A stretch of 62,894 nt of DNA, filler included, from Folioceros fuciformis (lineage: Eukaryota): assembly GCA_049999805.1 (NCBI GenBank). It is 6 parts of 6 records of this genome, joined end to end, with 100 filler letters (N's around TTAATTAATTAA, not from the genome) between each part and the next. Parts side by side here need not be neighbours in the genome. Positions count along the whole stretch, not along the records: positions 38,462 to 57,417 come from JBNGIO010001146.1; 5 more parts are not named here. One strand, 5' to 3'. The notes under the pieces are model-generated. The model saw nothing but the letters and a program-made list of their open reading frames with translations. It was not told where the DNA came from and did no database searches. Below, one piece after another: positions 40,625-53,500 of this stretch. The translations under genes and the position numbers were made by a program. Every line of letters begins with the position of its first letter. Position 1 is the first letter of the stretch.

Positions 40625-42816
40625 TCAAGGTCTGCCCTTACAACTGCAATAACCAGCTGCGAATCGATGCACACGATACCCATCCCTTACAACGATGTCC
40701 CTCTTCTCGAGTCTTGACATGATCTCTGTGGAGCTGTGACAGTCGCTGCACATGCGTAGATTCTTCGTCACCACCAGAGGTATCCCACCCGGAGTGTTCA
40801 GGAGACCAAACGCCAGAGCTAGCTTCTCAGCATGCCCACAAAGTGCATCTTCCTTTTCTTTCTGAGAAAGTGGCTTCAAGACCAACTTTGTGTGCGGTAT
40901 ATGGCCTCCTTCCTCCCTCACACGTGCATTTGTGCTCCCTACCTTGAGCGCGATATCCTTCCTCCTTTCTCCAACCAGAAATCTGTGTACCTCTTTTCTC
41001 ACCTCAATGATCGCCACTGCAGGTTTCTTATTAGCTCCTGCTGCCCTTCTCCGTGTTTCAATCCTATCTACATCGGTCCACCTACCTGCATCCGCATAGG
41101 CATTGGCCATGAGCACATACGCGGGCGCATCTTGAGGATCCAACCTTACTATGCTTTCAAAACACCACACAGCCCTCTCTATATCCCCGTGGCTTTTGCA
41201 CGCATTCAACAAAGACATGAAGCCCGCAACAGTACTTTGAGCCTCGCAAGATGATAGCATCGTCTATGCCTCATCTAACTGGCCAGAACGCCCAAGAAGA
41301 TCAATCATGCAGTTGTAATGCTCAACAGTAGGTTCGATGCCATGCTGTTCAGACATGGAAACAAAGTGTTTGCAACCCTCGCGGACTAGTCCCTCATGAC
41401 TGCATGCTACTAGGAGGCAGGTAAAAGTAGCGTCATCAGGCCAAACACCAGCGACTAACATCTCCTCAAAACAATCTAGTGCCTTGCGACCTTCATCACA
41501 AGCACCATACCCAGCAATCAGGGCATTCCATGTCACCACATCCTTGGAGGCCAAACTGTCGAAAACCTGGCGGGCATCTCCCAGTTGGCCACATTTCATA
41601 TACATGTCCACCAGGCAGTTGCCCACCAAACCTTCGCGCAGGAGACCTCTTTCAACAATCCGTGAGTGACGCTGCCTGCCCTTCTGTAAGGAGCCAGAGC
41701 TTGCACAGGCATTTAGAAGGCAAGCGAAAGTAACATCATTAGCCAAATTGAGGCCCTCTTCCTCCATTCGTCCATACACAGAAAGCGCCTCTTGGCCGAG
41801 TCCTAGCTGTGCGTAGCCAGCAAGCAGGGCTGTCCAGGTCACCACATTCTTGGTTTTCATGCTGTCAAAAATATGGCATGCATTTTCCACCTCACCGCAT
41901 TTTGCATACATGTCCACCAGGCAGGTCCCCAACAGTACATCATCCACCGGACCTCTTTCCACCATCTGTGAGTGTAGCTGCTTTCCCTTCTGCAAGGAGC
42001 CAGTGGTTGCACAGGCCTTTAAAAGACAAGCAAACGTAACGTTGTTAGCCAGATTGAGGCCTTCTTGCTCCATTTGTCCATACACAACGAGAGCCTCTTG
42101 GCTATGTCCTTGCTGTGCATAGCCAGCGATCAGGGCATTCCATGTCACCACATTCTTTGTGTTCATGCCGTCGAAAATCTGGCGTGCATCTTCCAGCTCA
42201 CCACATTTTGCATACATGTCCACAAGGCAATTGCCCAGCAACACATTGTCCAAAAGTCCTCTTTCCAAAATCTGTGAGTGCACCTGCCTGCCCTTCTGCA
42301 AGGCGCCAGCGCTTGCACAGGCCTTGAGAAGGCAGGCAAGAGTGCCATGGTTCGACAAAATGACACGTCTTGTTGCTCCATTTGTGCGTACAAAACAAGC
42401 GCTTCATGTCCTAGCCCCTGATGTACATATCCAGCAATCAGCGCTGTCCATGTCACCACGTTCTTTGCAGGCATCCTGTCAAAGACCTGGCGTGCATCAT
42501 CCAGTTCACCACATTTTGCATACATGTCCACCAGGCAGGTGGCCACCAGGACGTCATTCAACAGTCCTCTTTCGACAATCCGTGAGTGTAGCTGCCTACC
42601 CATCAGTAGGGCAACCCTGCTTCCACAGGCCTTCAGAAGGCAAGCAAACGTATCATCGTCAGCCAGAACGAGGGCCTCCTCTTCCATTTGTCCATACACA
42701 AGAAGCGCCTGCGGGCCGAGTCCTTTCTGGGCATACCCAGCAATCAGTGACGTCCATGTCACCACATTCTTTGCGACCATGTTGTGAAACAGCCGGCGCA
42801 TATCGTTCAGTTTACC
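40625..42816 (-). pseudogene. PLS-class PPR protein with E domains and DYW:KP domain ending in GRP (disrupted)
   Basis: Repeated P-L-S triplets; KKPAVAIIEV, CGHAEKLALAFGL, NLRMCSDCH, CSCKGRP*. Frameshift at ~42360 and in-frame TAG at 41264-41266. Confidence 0.92.
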
Positions 42817-43435
42817 GATGATGAAGCTATTGACAGCCAGCCTCCAACACCACCTGTACTTGCGGAAGGGGAAGATCCAGCATCTCTCCTGCCTCCACTA
42901 TGGAGTTCAAACATTGGTGTTGTCGAAGGCGTGGAAAGGGCAACTGTCTGGGCATAGAGGTTTGGTTCATTGAAATCGCCCTGCGCTTGGGATCAAGGAG
43001 AAGGAAAGTGGACACTCCAAGTTCTGGAGGCATCAGGCCTCTGCTCTGCGCTGGCGCCATCAAATATGCATATTGTTGTGAATTATCTTAGGGTAATGAT
43101 GGGCGTGTTACTTGTTTCCTGCAAACTTGAAACGTGCTCAAGTCGTGTCACAAATTGAATCGTGCGAAAATGGTATCACTCGTATTGCAGTTTTACTAGG
43201 GTTTTCCCAGAGATTAGACAAAAAATGGCACCCCTGTAAGCTCTACCGTGCTTTTCCTGCACAACACAACACAAATTTGGCACCAATCATCACTGCCAAG
43301 CTAGGAAATTTTCCTTTTCGGCCAACAGCGTCCCTCAACACTGCAGACTCCAGCCTCATAGCCAGCCGGCTATAGACGGGGAACGTGAAAATAATGCCTT
43401 GGAAAGGATGGCCATTGGCGCAGTCGGGTGAAATA

Positions 43436-46400
43436 TCAGGCGAGGATCGTAAGCTTCTGCTGGCTCTGCAAAGCGGCCAGTTCATGAGAAACCCCGACTG
43501 GACACCTTCTTATGTCCAGCCTTTTGAGCGCAGGAAGTGTGCCCAAGCACTTGGGCAACCTGTCTAGTGGCACATCATGGAGTTTCAGTTCTTCAACCTT
43601 GTTGAAATAAAGCTCATGGCTGTCGGAATTGTCCCAGTCGTCCAGGCTTTTGATCTGCGTGCACCTGCTCAAATCAAGGTGGCACAAGTTGGGGAGACGC
43701 CCTAGCGATGACGGAACACTCTTCAGACTTGTACAGCCAGTGAGAACAAGGTCCGTAAGAGCCGGCAACGCTCCCTCCATCACTTCTGGGAATTCGTCTA
43801 ATTTCACGCAAAGCTGCATCATCAATTCCTGCAAGTGCATCCACGCTTCTCAGAATTGTCGTTACTTGTAGTTATCATTGCTCTAAAACTACCCTTTCGG
43901 TTGAAGTCCAAGAAGTAGTTACCTGCAGAGACGGAAAAGCGCCTGCCGATGTGAAGCCTGCAGGAAGCTTTCTCAAGGACCGGCAACCACTGAGGTCCAA
44001 TTTCGCGAGCTCGGGAAGGAGATGCAGGTCGGGCAAATCTTGCAATTTGCCGCAAAGCCTGAGATCGAGGGTGCGGAGTTGTTTAGCGGATGGTAGCCAT
44101 GAGGGCAATTTCTGTAGGCTTAGGCAATTGCTGAGATCCAGAACCTCCAGCTCCGCGTCGAAATTTTCTCCCGACTCATCAGGCAGGAGCACAAGTTTAT
44201 AGTATTGGAGGCCGACCCACTGCAGTTTCTTGAAAGACGTCAACTTGAAGTGAAGGGTTGTCCAGTCCGAGCTTTGAATCCACAGGTGTCTGAGTTGCTG
44301 CAGGTTCTGAAGACTCTCGACATTGTCGGTCGAAGCGCCTAGGCGACCAATTGCTCCACAGCCCAGCGATTCTGATACACCAGGTTCACCACACGGACTG
44401 CAAGAAATGCTTACTCGTGGATGAAAGGCCTTATTCATCACCTTGTTTTGAGAGGGCACACGGTTACATACCTGGCGTCGTCCAGATGTATAAGCAACCA
44501 CGGGTGTTCAGTGACCTCAGACTCTGAAGCTTCGAGATTTGGAAAGGCCATGGTTGTACATCACGCACATTTTGCAAGCTCAGGTATTCGAGGCTTTTCA
44601 ACTGTCCAATCGACGACGGTAAGTACTGCAGATTGGTGAAGGACAGATTCAGGTGCCTTAAGTAGGACAACGTTCCCACACTGCTCGGGAGTGTCTCGAT
44701 TAAGGTATGGCTCAGATCCAACACCTTGAGTTTGGAGAATTCCTTGACAAAACCTGTTTGTACATGGCCAAACCGTTGCACTGTTTAAACGACTGTATTA
44801 TCGAGATCCGTTAGGGCTCCAACACAACACAGGTCAGGTCAGGACATCAAGTGATCACCTGAAGGCAGGCTTGTGAATTTGTTGCCACTCAGGAGTAGAA
44901 CTTCCAATCTGGGCGCCCGTACTTTGCGTGGAAGTGCCTTCAGCGAGTTTTCAACTAAGGACAGACGGCTTGCTAGAAGCTGCTTCTTCTGCCCAAAAAA
45001 TGGCTGGCACCCGGCACCCTCTGTCCTCCATTGCTCTGGAAACGCTTCAAGTCGTTTACCAGCTTTAAAGAGGGCCTCCTGTTACAGAATCATCCGTTGG
45101 TGTCACTGATGTGGTTAAACAGACAAACTTGGTACTCTCCACAGTACTGGACAACACTCACCGCTCTAGAATCGGGGATGTCATGATGCAATAGATACAG
45201 GGCTAGGTCCCGTAGCACGTCGTGAATCTGGCACTTCAGGGCCTTCAGTCGTCGCTTATGGGACCAACTGTGGTCCTGTAGATCTATAAGTGACCTTCCG
45301 ATCAGTGTCCCCAGCAAATAGGGTCCTTCTATGAAAAAATCCTGTGATACCGTATCGGCATTGATAAACTCGTCGCCGGCCCACAGATCCAGCAAGTAGT
45401 CGACATCCACTGCCTCATCCTCAGGGAAGGCAGCGAAGTACTTGAAGCATGTCGGAAGCCGGTCATCCAGATCTTTGAGAGATTCATAGCTCAGTTGTAG
45501 CCTTTTAAACACCTGCTCCTCATAAGCTTTGCCGAGTGCTTTAGATTCCTCCAGCTTTTGCAGAGCAAGTTTCCAGGGCTCCAAGTTCGTTTGTCTGGCA
45601 AGACAGGCTGCAGTGACCTTGAGTGCCAGCGGTAAGCCTTTGCACTCATCGGCCACTTTTTTCACCTGCGGACAGGACAGCCGGGCGGCTGCATTTGTGA
45701 CGAAGCAATGATAGATCTACGAGTTCAAGAAAATGCTTGTGCAGGCACGTTAACTTACCAGGGCTTGCAAGGTCTCTGATGGGGGCAGTTTGTGCACTCC
45801 ACCAAATGATACGTGACAGAAGACCTTCCAACTGTCAGCATCCGAGAGGCGGTCCAACGTTACATAAGCTGCTCCTTTCTTCTCCAACACCTACGCATGC
45901 ACGGTTATCCACAGCAAGCAGTGATGGTAATTGGTGGTGGTAATGGGAAAGGTCGACTGTGGAGCGACAAGCAGAATGCTCTACCTGTAGGTTTCTAGTA
46001 GTGACCAGGGTCTTGCTTCCAGAACTGGAGCCAGAAGTCACATTCAGCAGATCCAGTACTTCAACTCCGTCATCTTCCCACACATCATCCAACACCAGAA
46101 GAACCTGTTCGTTCTGTAACCGGTTGTACAGCGTGGTTTTTACATCACTGTCGGCCCCGTAAGGCACTATCAACGCGAGCATATCACAAAGTCTACTGTA
46201 CAGCCGTCGAATGGAAGGGCTTCTGCCCACTGTAACCCACAACTTTTGAGCAAAGTGTCGTTGCACCTCCGCACTGTTGTAGAGCTGTGCTGCCAGCAAA
46301 GTTTTCCCGATGCCTCCTTTTCCCCATACCCCAACCCATGTCTTGAATTTGTCGTCCGAGAGGAGAAACGCCCGGAGCTGAGCAACGTGCTCATCCATTC

Positions 46401-47129
46401 CCACGATGAAGTCTGGCACCTGCTGGACGTTGGAGAGTGTTGAAGGTGAGTAGACGTTCCCCTCGTCATGGACCGTTATAGCATCAAATCCGGAAGTTGC
46501 GGCAACCGTGAGATTTTCCGTAGATCGCTTGATCTCGGAAACGGCAAAATTCTTATCGATCGATTCCTTCTGCAAAAGCTGGTACGTAGTGATCCCAAGC
46601 TCTGCCCTCTTCATATCCATGGCAAGATCTAGGAACCGCTCGTCCAGTTCCTTTCGGATCTGCAATTGCAGTTCCAAGTTGGCAACGGGCGCCCTCTGAG
46701 CCGCATCGCTTAAACGCTTCGTCACGGACACAATCTTCCTGGAAATTCTCCATTTGGCAAACAACGCAGCCGTATTTAGATCCCGGCACTCTTGCACCAC
46801 CTGCTGCGCCTCCGTGAGAAGTGTCCTCAGGCCCTCCAACCAGAGCTTCGTTACCGACCCATCTGCAACCCGGAAATGATTGAGTACCTTGTTCAGCCGG
46901 GGATTACAATTGATTGAGGGTAGCAATTCACACCTGGGATCCCTTCTGACCAACCAGCACCGCTCTGGCGCATGTTCTCAACATTGTCCACAAGAGGTTT
47001 GAATTCCTTCAAAATACCGGCCAATGCGTCGCAATACTTGTGACACTGCGCGGCATCCTTAGCCTCCTTTATCAACTGATCCAAAAGTAAACCAACACCG
47101 TGGATAACGAGACCTACTGGATCTCCCAT
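43436..47129 (-). CDS. NB-ARC-LRR immune receptor with RPW8/CC-like N-terminal helical domain, ~8 exons
   Basis: P-loop GVWGKGGIGKT, kinase-2 LLVLDDVWE, RNBS-B GSKTLVTTR, RNBS-C LSDADSWKVF, CKGLPLAL, IHDVLRDLA and many LxxLxLxx repeats. Exons join in frame with GT-AG sites, one acceptor being uncertain. Confidence 0.9.
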
Positions 47130-47840
47130 AGCCCCCAGCAGACCTCTCGAAGACCGAGTACAACGCGAGAAGAGCCTTGTCCAAGCTAAGTGCTCAGTCT
47201 ACGGACCCAGAACACAACACCAAAAGTGCCCCTGTCGTGTCCTACCCCTTTCGGAGTACATGGGTTTCCGATAAAGAATACGTTGCATCTACAATATAGA
47301 ACTCTGCAAAAGGCAGTGGTCCGGCAATCAATCCGGTCCACTCGTTGTACAATGTACGAAATTTGAGATATTGTCGAGCTGACGGCCAGGGTCCTTCGCA
47401 TTCCTCAATGCTCATCCTCATGCTGGATCTGCACTGTTACAAGTCTGGCAGCGACAAAGTGTCTTCGCCTATGCGCCCCGTGCTATTGCGTCTGTCACCC
47501 TCGTCCCACCTTCTCCTCCCGGTCTGTCTGTCTGTCTGTCTCTGCCCCAAGTTCAGCCGAGGGAGGATACCCGTTGTGTCGCTTACCTGCTGGTAAACCG
47601 GTGAAATTTTGGGAAACCCTCCCTGCCCGCCGTGTGCCTGTCACCAGGAGATCTCTCAATCCTGGGTACCTAGTCTCTCTTGCCCCTCATGCCCCACGAG
47701 TCTCTTTGCCTCAATTTCAGCGCTGTTCTCTTCGGACCTAGGCTGTGCCATGGTGAACCTATACGGGCATGAAGAAACTTGTTCGTTCATGTTGCTCTTA
47801 GTTTTGGGCGGAGCTGGGGCACTATTTGGCTCTGTATGTT

Positions 47841-47958
47841 GGGCTAGAGCGAGGTTCGTGCATGGGGCAATGTTTCACAGGGCTAGACCGAGGTTCGTGA
47901 ATGGGGCAATGTTTCACCGGGCTAGACCGAGGTTCGTGCATGGGCCAATGTTTCACCA
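47841..47958. repeat. 39-bp tandem repeat x3
   Basis: GGGCTAGA.CGAGGTTCGTG.ATGGG.CAATGTTTCAC. repeated upstream of the NLR. Confidence 0.9.
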
Positions 47959-48546
47959 AAGGCCCGGGCTATTTGCTAAACACTTCCCGGTTGAGATCCC
48001 CCGCTGCCTGTGGCTGGAGTTTAGAGTTTCTGGCCAGAATGCAACAGCAATTTTCACGAATTCAATAAGGACGAATTGATTGACCTTCACACTACTCAAC
48101 CTCTCCTCCTTTCAATGTTCCATCCCATTTTGCTTTGAAAGCGGATTATAGATCCTCTGAGTCTTCCATTTCAGCAAGCTGATACATACCATTGTAACAA
48201 CGCTCGATGTACAGGCTAATAATGACCAATAGAGCTTTAGATAACTTCAATCGAGCGAATCAGGTGATGCGACAGATGGCTCCTCCAGATGACATCGCCA
48301 AGTCAGATGCTCTCGTGTTGGTGCGACAATTCCGAAATGGGCTGTCGGCTGCACGATCAAGGCACTGCGCGGTATCCCCAGCTTTCGTACAGCAGGCCAC
48401 GACCCTTCGCATTTGTTTTCACACATCCATTCCTCTTCCCTCCCATGTTTCAGTTTAGGGTGGCTAGTGTCGGTCCGTCTCAGCTTGCCAAGAGAGGACT
48501 TCAGCGAGTAGTATTTGCTGACGTACACTTGTGCACTCACTAAACC

Positions 48547-48885
48547 TCACGCCCGGTCCTTGCAACTGCAAAACCCATCTGAAAATCGATGCACACGGTA
48601 CCCATCCCTTACAACAATATCTCTTTTCAAGCCTTGACATGATCTCCGTGGAATTGTGGCAGTCGATGCACATCCGTAGATTCTTCGTTACTACCACAGG
48701 AGTCCCACTCGGAGTGTTCAACAGACCGAAAGCCAGAGCTAGTTTCTCAGCATGCCCACATCGCACATCTTCCTTTGCCTTCTCACACAGTGGCTTCAAC
48801 ACCAACTTTGTGTGAGGTATATGGCCTCCTTCCTCTTTCAGACGTGCATTCGTACTCTCTACCTTTCCAAACACATCCTCGCTTC
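48547..48885 (-). pseudogene. Truncated DYW:KP-like domain ending in DRA
   Basis: EEGGHIPHTKLVLKPL...CGHAEKLALAFGLL...NLRMCIDCH, frameshift at ~48622, then VHRFSDGFCSCKDRA*. The 5' part is replaced by LTR-like sequence. Confidence 0.88.
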
Positions 48886-50569
48886 TGTCTAGGAGGGCAA
48901 CCGACATTCTTGGGGTTTTCTTCTATCAACTATGGTGCGGACCTCCAACAATACTTAGGTGGGTTCCGGTAGTAGAGGACGACCCACGAGGGCAGCCAGC
49001 TCTCCCCAAACCAATGTTCCATCCTGTGGAGGCAAAACCCCGGGCACTGATTGCAAACGGGTTCCACCTTTAGTGGCCACACTTATCCCACTGTCGTTGA
49101 GACATTGGGTTTCGTTCCCACGAAGGAGCGATGGGGTTCCTTGCTGCTGTGGATGGAGGGTCGGACTTGATCAACTCGATGATGGATTTGAGGGCTCCCC
49201 TCCAGCTCCGATCAGGCGTAGGACAAGCCTCGCTGACCGGCGGTCAGCTGCACCTCTCTCGGTGCCCACAAACTCACTCCAGTCACTACAACGACCCTAA
49301 CCTCTTAGATCTGCGACTTCCCTCACTCACTTCACTCACTCTCTCACTCCAGCACCAACACCAGCAACTAACATTGACACCACTATACTTCCCTACTGAC
49401 TCCTCCTACCCGGCAAGAGTCACTAGACTAACCCCAAAGAAAAGAAGGGTTTAGGGTACACACTCCCCTCTTGGATATCTCCCCCCTACAACCTTACCAG
49501 ACGCCATGAGACATGGCTGGCCTACAGCACTTGTCCAAGCAAGGAACAAGAGTGGACAGGTCGAGAGAAAGACACATCCTTTACAATCAAGAGCTAGGGG
49601 CAAGCCTCTTCACCCTGGTCATTACACCTTGTGATCCTACCAGATACTATACAACCGGCAACACGCTGCCCACGATCCTACCAGACACTGTACAGCCGGC
49701 AACACGCTGCCTGCGATCCTACCAGACATTGTACAGCCAGCAACACGCGGCTTGCGATCCTACCAGACGTTGCACAGCCGGCAACACACTGCAGGTCCTA
49801 AACCAAGCAGGGACAGACCACAAGAGCTCATGAAGAGAGGACCTCCAAGAGCTCACGAAGAGATAGACTGACTCCCAAAGTGAATGACTCCCTCCTCCTA
49901 CAGGCTCACCTGATCTTATAGGAGCCTCTCTCTCTCTCTGACTTCACCTCTCTCTAGCTTGAGAAATATTATTTTAATAGCCTAGCCGGCTATCACCAGC
50001 CACTTATTTAGACTTCTAGCACATCCTGCCACCAATGAGCTCCTGGCCCTACCACCACAAGGATCTACCACCTCTCAGACTATCCTGAGACTTCGGAGGA
50101 TGTCTGATCTTTGAAGATCTACGGACGCCTCCTCTTCCTTGCTGGGTAGCCGCCCGCTAAGTCTTCCCCTGCAACTGTTCACCCTTGGTGGCTGAGCCAG
50201 CCTCCAGGAGAGGAGTATGAGAAGTGGGAAAGATAGAGAGGAGGTGGGAGGCAATGGGATCAGCAGCCGAAACCTGGCCTGAAAACGGTAGCTTATTCAG
50301 CGGGATCAGCTTCCAGCTGAAATGGTTCCTCGGCCATGGAAGACTGACCCCGAGGTGCTGGGGGAGGCCCTGAACTAAGAGGAAAAGAAAGCAGGTGAAA
50401 CGGAGTTGAATTGGAATTTCTGGAATTAAATCGAGAAAAATAGGGGTGAAAATAGAAAAGGGGAAATTAATTATAAAAAAAAGAAAGAAATACGGGGATA
50501 CAAATACGGGTATACGTATTAGTATGTATTAAATACGTATCTAAACCATATAAAATACAATTAGTAGCA
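48886..50569. mobile_element. LTR-like region truncating the DYW fragment and preceding the copia PBS
   Basis: Starts TG exactly where DYW homology ends and ends CA just before the PBS. Contains a ~41-bp x4 tandem repeat (49632-49800) and CTCACT-rich tracts like those in the gypsy LTR. Internal boundaries unresolved. Confidence 0.5.
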
Positions 50570-50581
50570 TGGTATCAGAGC
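50570..50581 (+). other. Primer-binding site complementary to tRNA-iMet
   Basis: TGGTATCAGAGC immediately after ...CA. Confidence 0.9.
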
Positions 50582-53500
50582 CCAGCCATATATCCTTCAC
50601 TTTAGAATCGTGCTAGCATAGATAAATTTTAGCTGCTCACATAATGCACAAATTTCCTCAAAAAATGTGCGATTGTGTGACCAGAAATTTATCTCTGCCC
50701 GCACTTTATATCTCGTTAGTTTAATCCAAAAACCTAATAAGATTGTAAATGAGTCTCTTGATTCTGTAGTATGACGCGGAGACGTGGGCGACGCCCTGAT
50801 GATGCCCCCTCACAATTTGTGAGTAGACATAACAGGAATCGTCGACAACAAGTTGAGCAGCGAGTCAGCCGGCGTTGTGCAACTTCACAAGATCAACATC
50901 ATAGTTGGACGAATCCTCCTCCAGATTGGATATCTCCTCTTCTAAAGAGAAGATCTCATCAACTCAATTTGGGAGAGAGGGCTCCTTCTCCAATTACAGA
51001 GCGTGGATCTCAACAAACTTTTTCTCCGCGTCGTTGCAATTTCTGCAAAAAATATTCAAATAGGCTATTAGATCCTTCGGCAGAGTTTGAGAGGATATCT
51101 AATACCTGGGATGCGTTGGCTAAGCTTAGAATTGAAGCGCGGCGCAACAGAGTCACCAGTTCAAATGAGACTCTTCTCTCGCAAGCCTGCAGTGGACATT
51201 TATTGCTGCTACAACAGGGAGAACGACTGACAATGATGCATGATCTGCTTCAGAGTGTACAAAATTCCCTTTCAGCTCTCACCTTGACATTGGAGCGTGC
51301 TGAAGTGGGGCCTGTTTCTATGAGATCTCCCCAGGTTGCGACTTTCTTACCAAGTCTGGTGCCCACACGTGAAGAGCCTTCTATGGCGTCACCTTGTGGG
51401 CAATCAAATTTCTAGGGGCGTCACTCGCCTTGACGCGGAATCTCTCCTTCATCGTTGGAGGGGGATCGCCTGGGTGAAGTTGGTACAGCGCCAGTGGTGT
51501 TCAGCGAGATCTCAACCAGAGCCTTCGTATGGGTCGACGGTTGAGAAGTTCTGCCACCTGTCGCTTGTTCATGTTCACCTGCACAGTTTTTAAGTTATTT
51601 TATGACGCTTCATATCTAAACCTAAAGCAGTTAACTTAGAAACTGGACATACCTTTCTGTAAACATTGTTTCGCATTAAGTCTATGTCTTTTGGTTTAAG
51701 TTGGCTGTTTGAAGATTCAGATAGTGAAATCGAGGAGGACTTCTCCACAGAGCTATCTTTCCTTCAATCCTTGCAGGCTCAGTTCCCTTCCTTCATCCTC
51801 CCATCATATTCTTTTACTTCCGGATTTGTCCCTGTACTCAACATGGCTTCGTCCACAAATACAGTTGTCACAAACACGGGGTCATACTCTGGTGAGTTTA
51901 AAGAAAAAGACCAGTTTGACGGCAAGCCTGTAAATTATGAAAGTTGGAGGGCTCGAATGAAGGCAAACCTGAATGCTAGAGATGTGTGGGAATATGTTGA
52001 TGGCTCAGTGGTCAATCCTCATAAGATACCTGTCACAGCAGCAATTCAACCCACAGCAGATGAGATTCTCAAGTGGGACAAAGGAAACAAAGTGGCATTT
52101 GCAATACTGTTGTCAGGACTTGATGCAACAGCAGTTACTGAGGTTGAGTTCCTTGAAACAGCGGCTGATATATGGACTCAGCTCAAGGATACTTACCAGG
52201 TGCAGAATGTATGCACCCTTATGCATGTCAGGAGTGATTTTCACTCATTCAGGATGCGAGAAGGAGAACCAGTTGGCCCAGGCATCACCAAGCTGAGACT
52301 ACTGCGAGCACAACTTGCATCGCTAGGGGTCAAGATTAGCGAGGTTCAGATGGTTGCTCAACTGTTTATTGCGCTTCCCTCATCTTACCAGACCTTCATT
52401 TCTGGACAAAATTCAGCACTCACTGCAGCATATGCTGCTGCTGCTGCTAATCAGACTTACTCCCTCAATCTAAATACTGTGGTCAAAGCCCTCCTGCAAA
52501 AGGAGGCTAGTAGACACAGACCTGGTCAGGGAGTTCGCACTCGAAGTGAAAAAGTCTTGTTTGCAGCAAAAGGTAAGTCGTTTGTGAAGGGGAAGGGGAA
52601 GGATAAGAAAACTAACCAAACTGTGCAGCCACCCAGTCTGGCAAATATGGCTTTACGTTTGAGCAAGGTCATTGTTGTCTCTATGATCTCTCCAGACCTG
52701 GTAGGTGCATAGCTAGAGGACAACTAGGTAATGAGTTGTACCAGCTACATAATTCTACTGAACCAGAAGTGCACGTTACCTCCACTGTATCTGAAGCAAA
52801 CTTGTGGCATGCAAGGCTTGGACATGTTAACAGAGAGAAGTTGAATCTAATGGCTTCCTTAGATTGCTTTAGGGAAAAACTTCCCTCCTGTTTTAAGCAT
52901 CTCCCTGTTTGTCAGTCTTGTGTTCTGTCGAAGCAGAAGGAACTCCCCTTCAAGAATAAACAGGCACAGAGGGCAAATGCAGTGTTAGAACTTGTTCACG
53001 CTAATATTGCAGGCAAACTGCAAGTTAAGTCACTAGGAGGGGCAGAGTATTACCTGACACTAACAGATGACTATTCACGTTACACTTAGGTTTACATACT
53101 TCGCCTCAAGAGTGATGCTTTTGAATGTGTTGAGAACTGGATTGCTATGGTACAAAGACAAACTGGAAATCTGGTGAAGTGTTTTCGCACTAACAATGGA
53201 GGTGAATTTGTTGGACTCCAGTATGATGAGCTGTTTGAGGCACATGGAATCATGAGACAGCTGTCGATTCCCTATACACAACAGCAGAATGGGGTAGCTG
53301 AGCGCAAGAATCAGACTCTAATGGGCATGACTAAAAGCATGTTAGGATGGGCAGGACTGCCTAAACACTATTGGGCAGAGGCCCTTACCACAGCTACCTA
53401 TATACTGAACATAGTGTTGACAACAAGCGTACCTGGAAAAACTCCCTACGAAGTTTTTTGGAAGAAGAAACCGAGTCTTCTTCACTTGCGAGTATTTGGA

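Noticed and set aside
41264..41266. Idea that the PPR's TAG stop is repaired by U-to-C editing
   Set aside because: The gene is nuclear whereas such editing is organellar, and an independent frameshift also disrupts it.
50301..50313. CA+GCTTC matching the left flank (GCTTC) of the insertion at 48886, suggesting a solo LTR with TSD
   Set aside because: DYW sequence does not resume after it and the termini are not inverted; likely chance.
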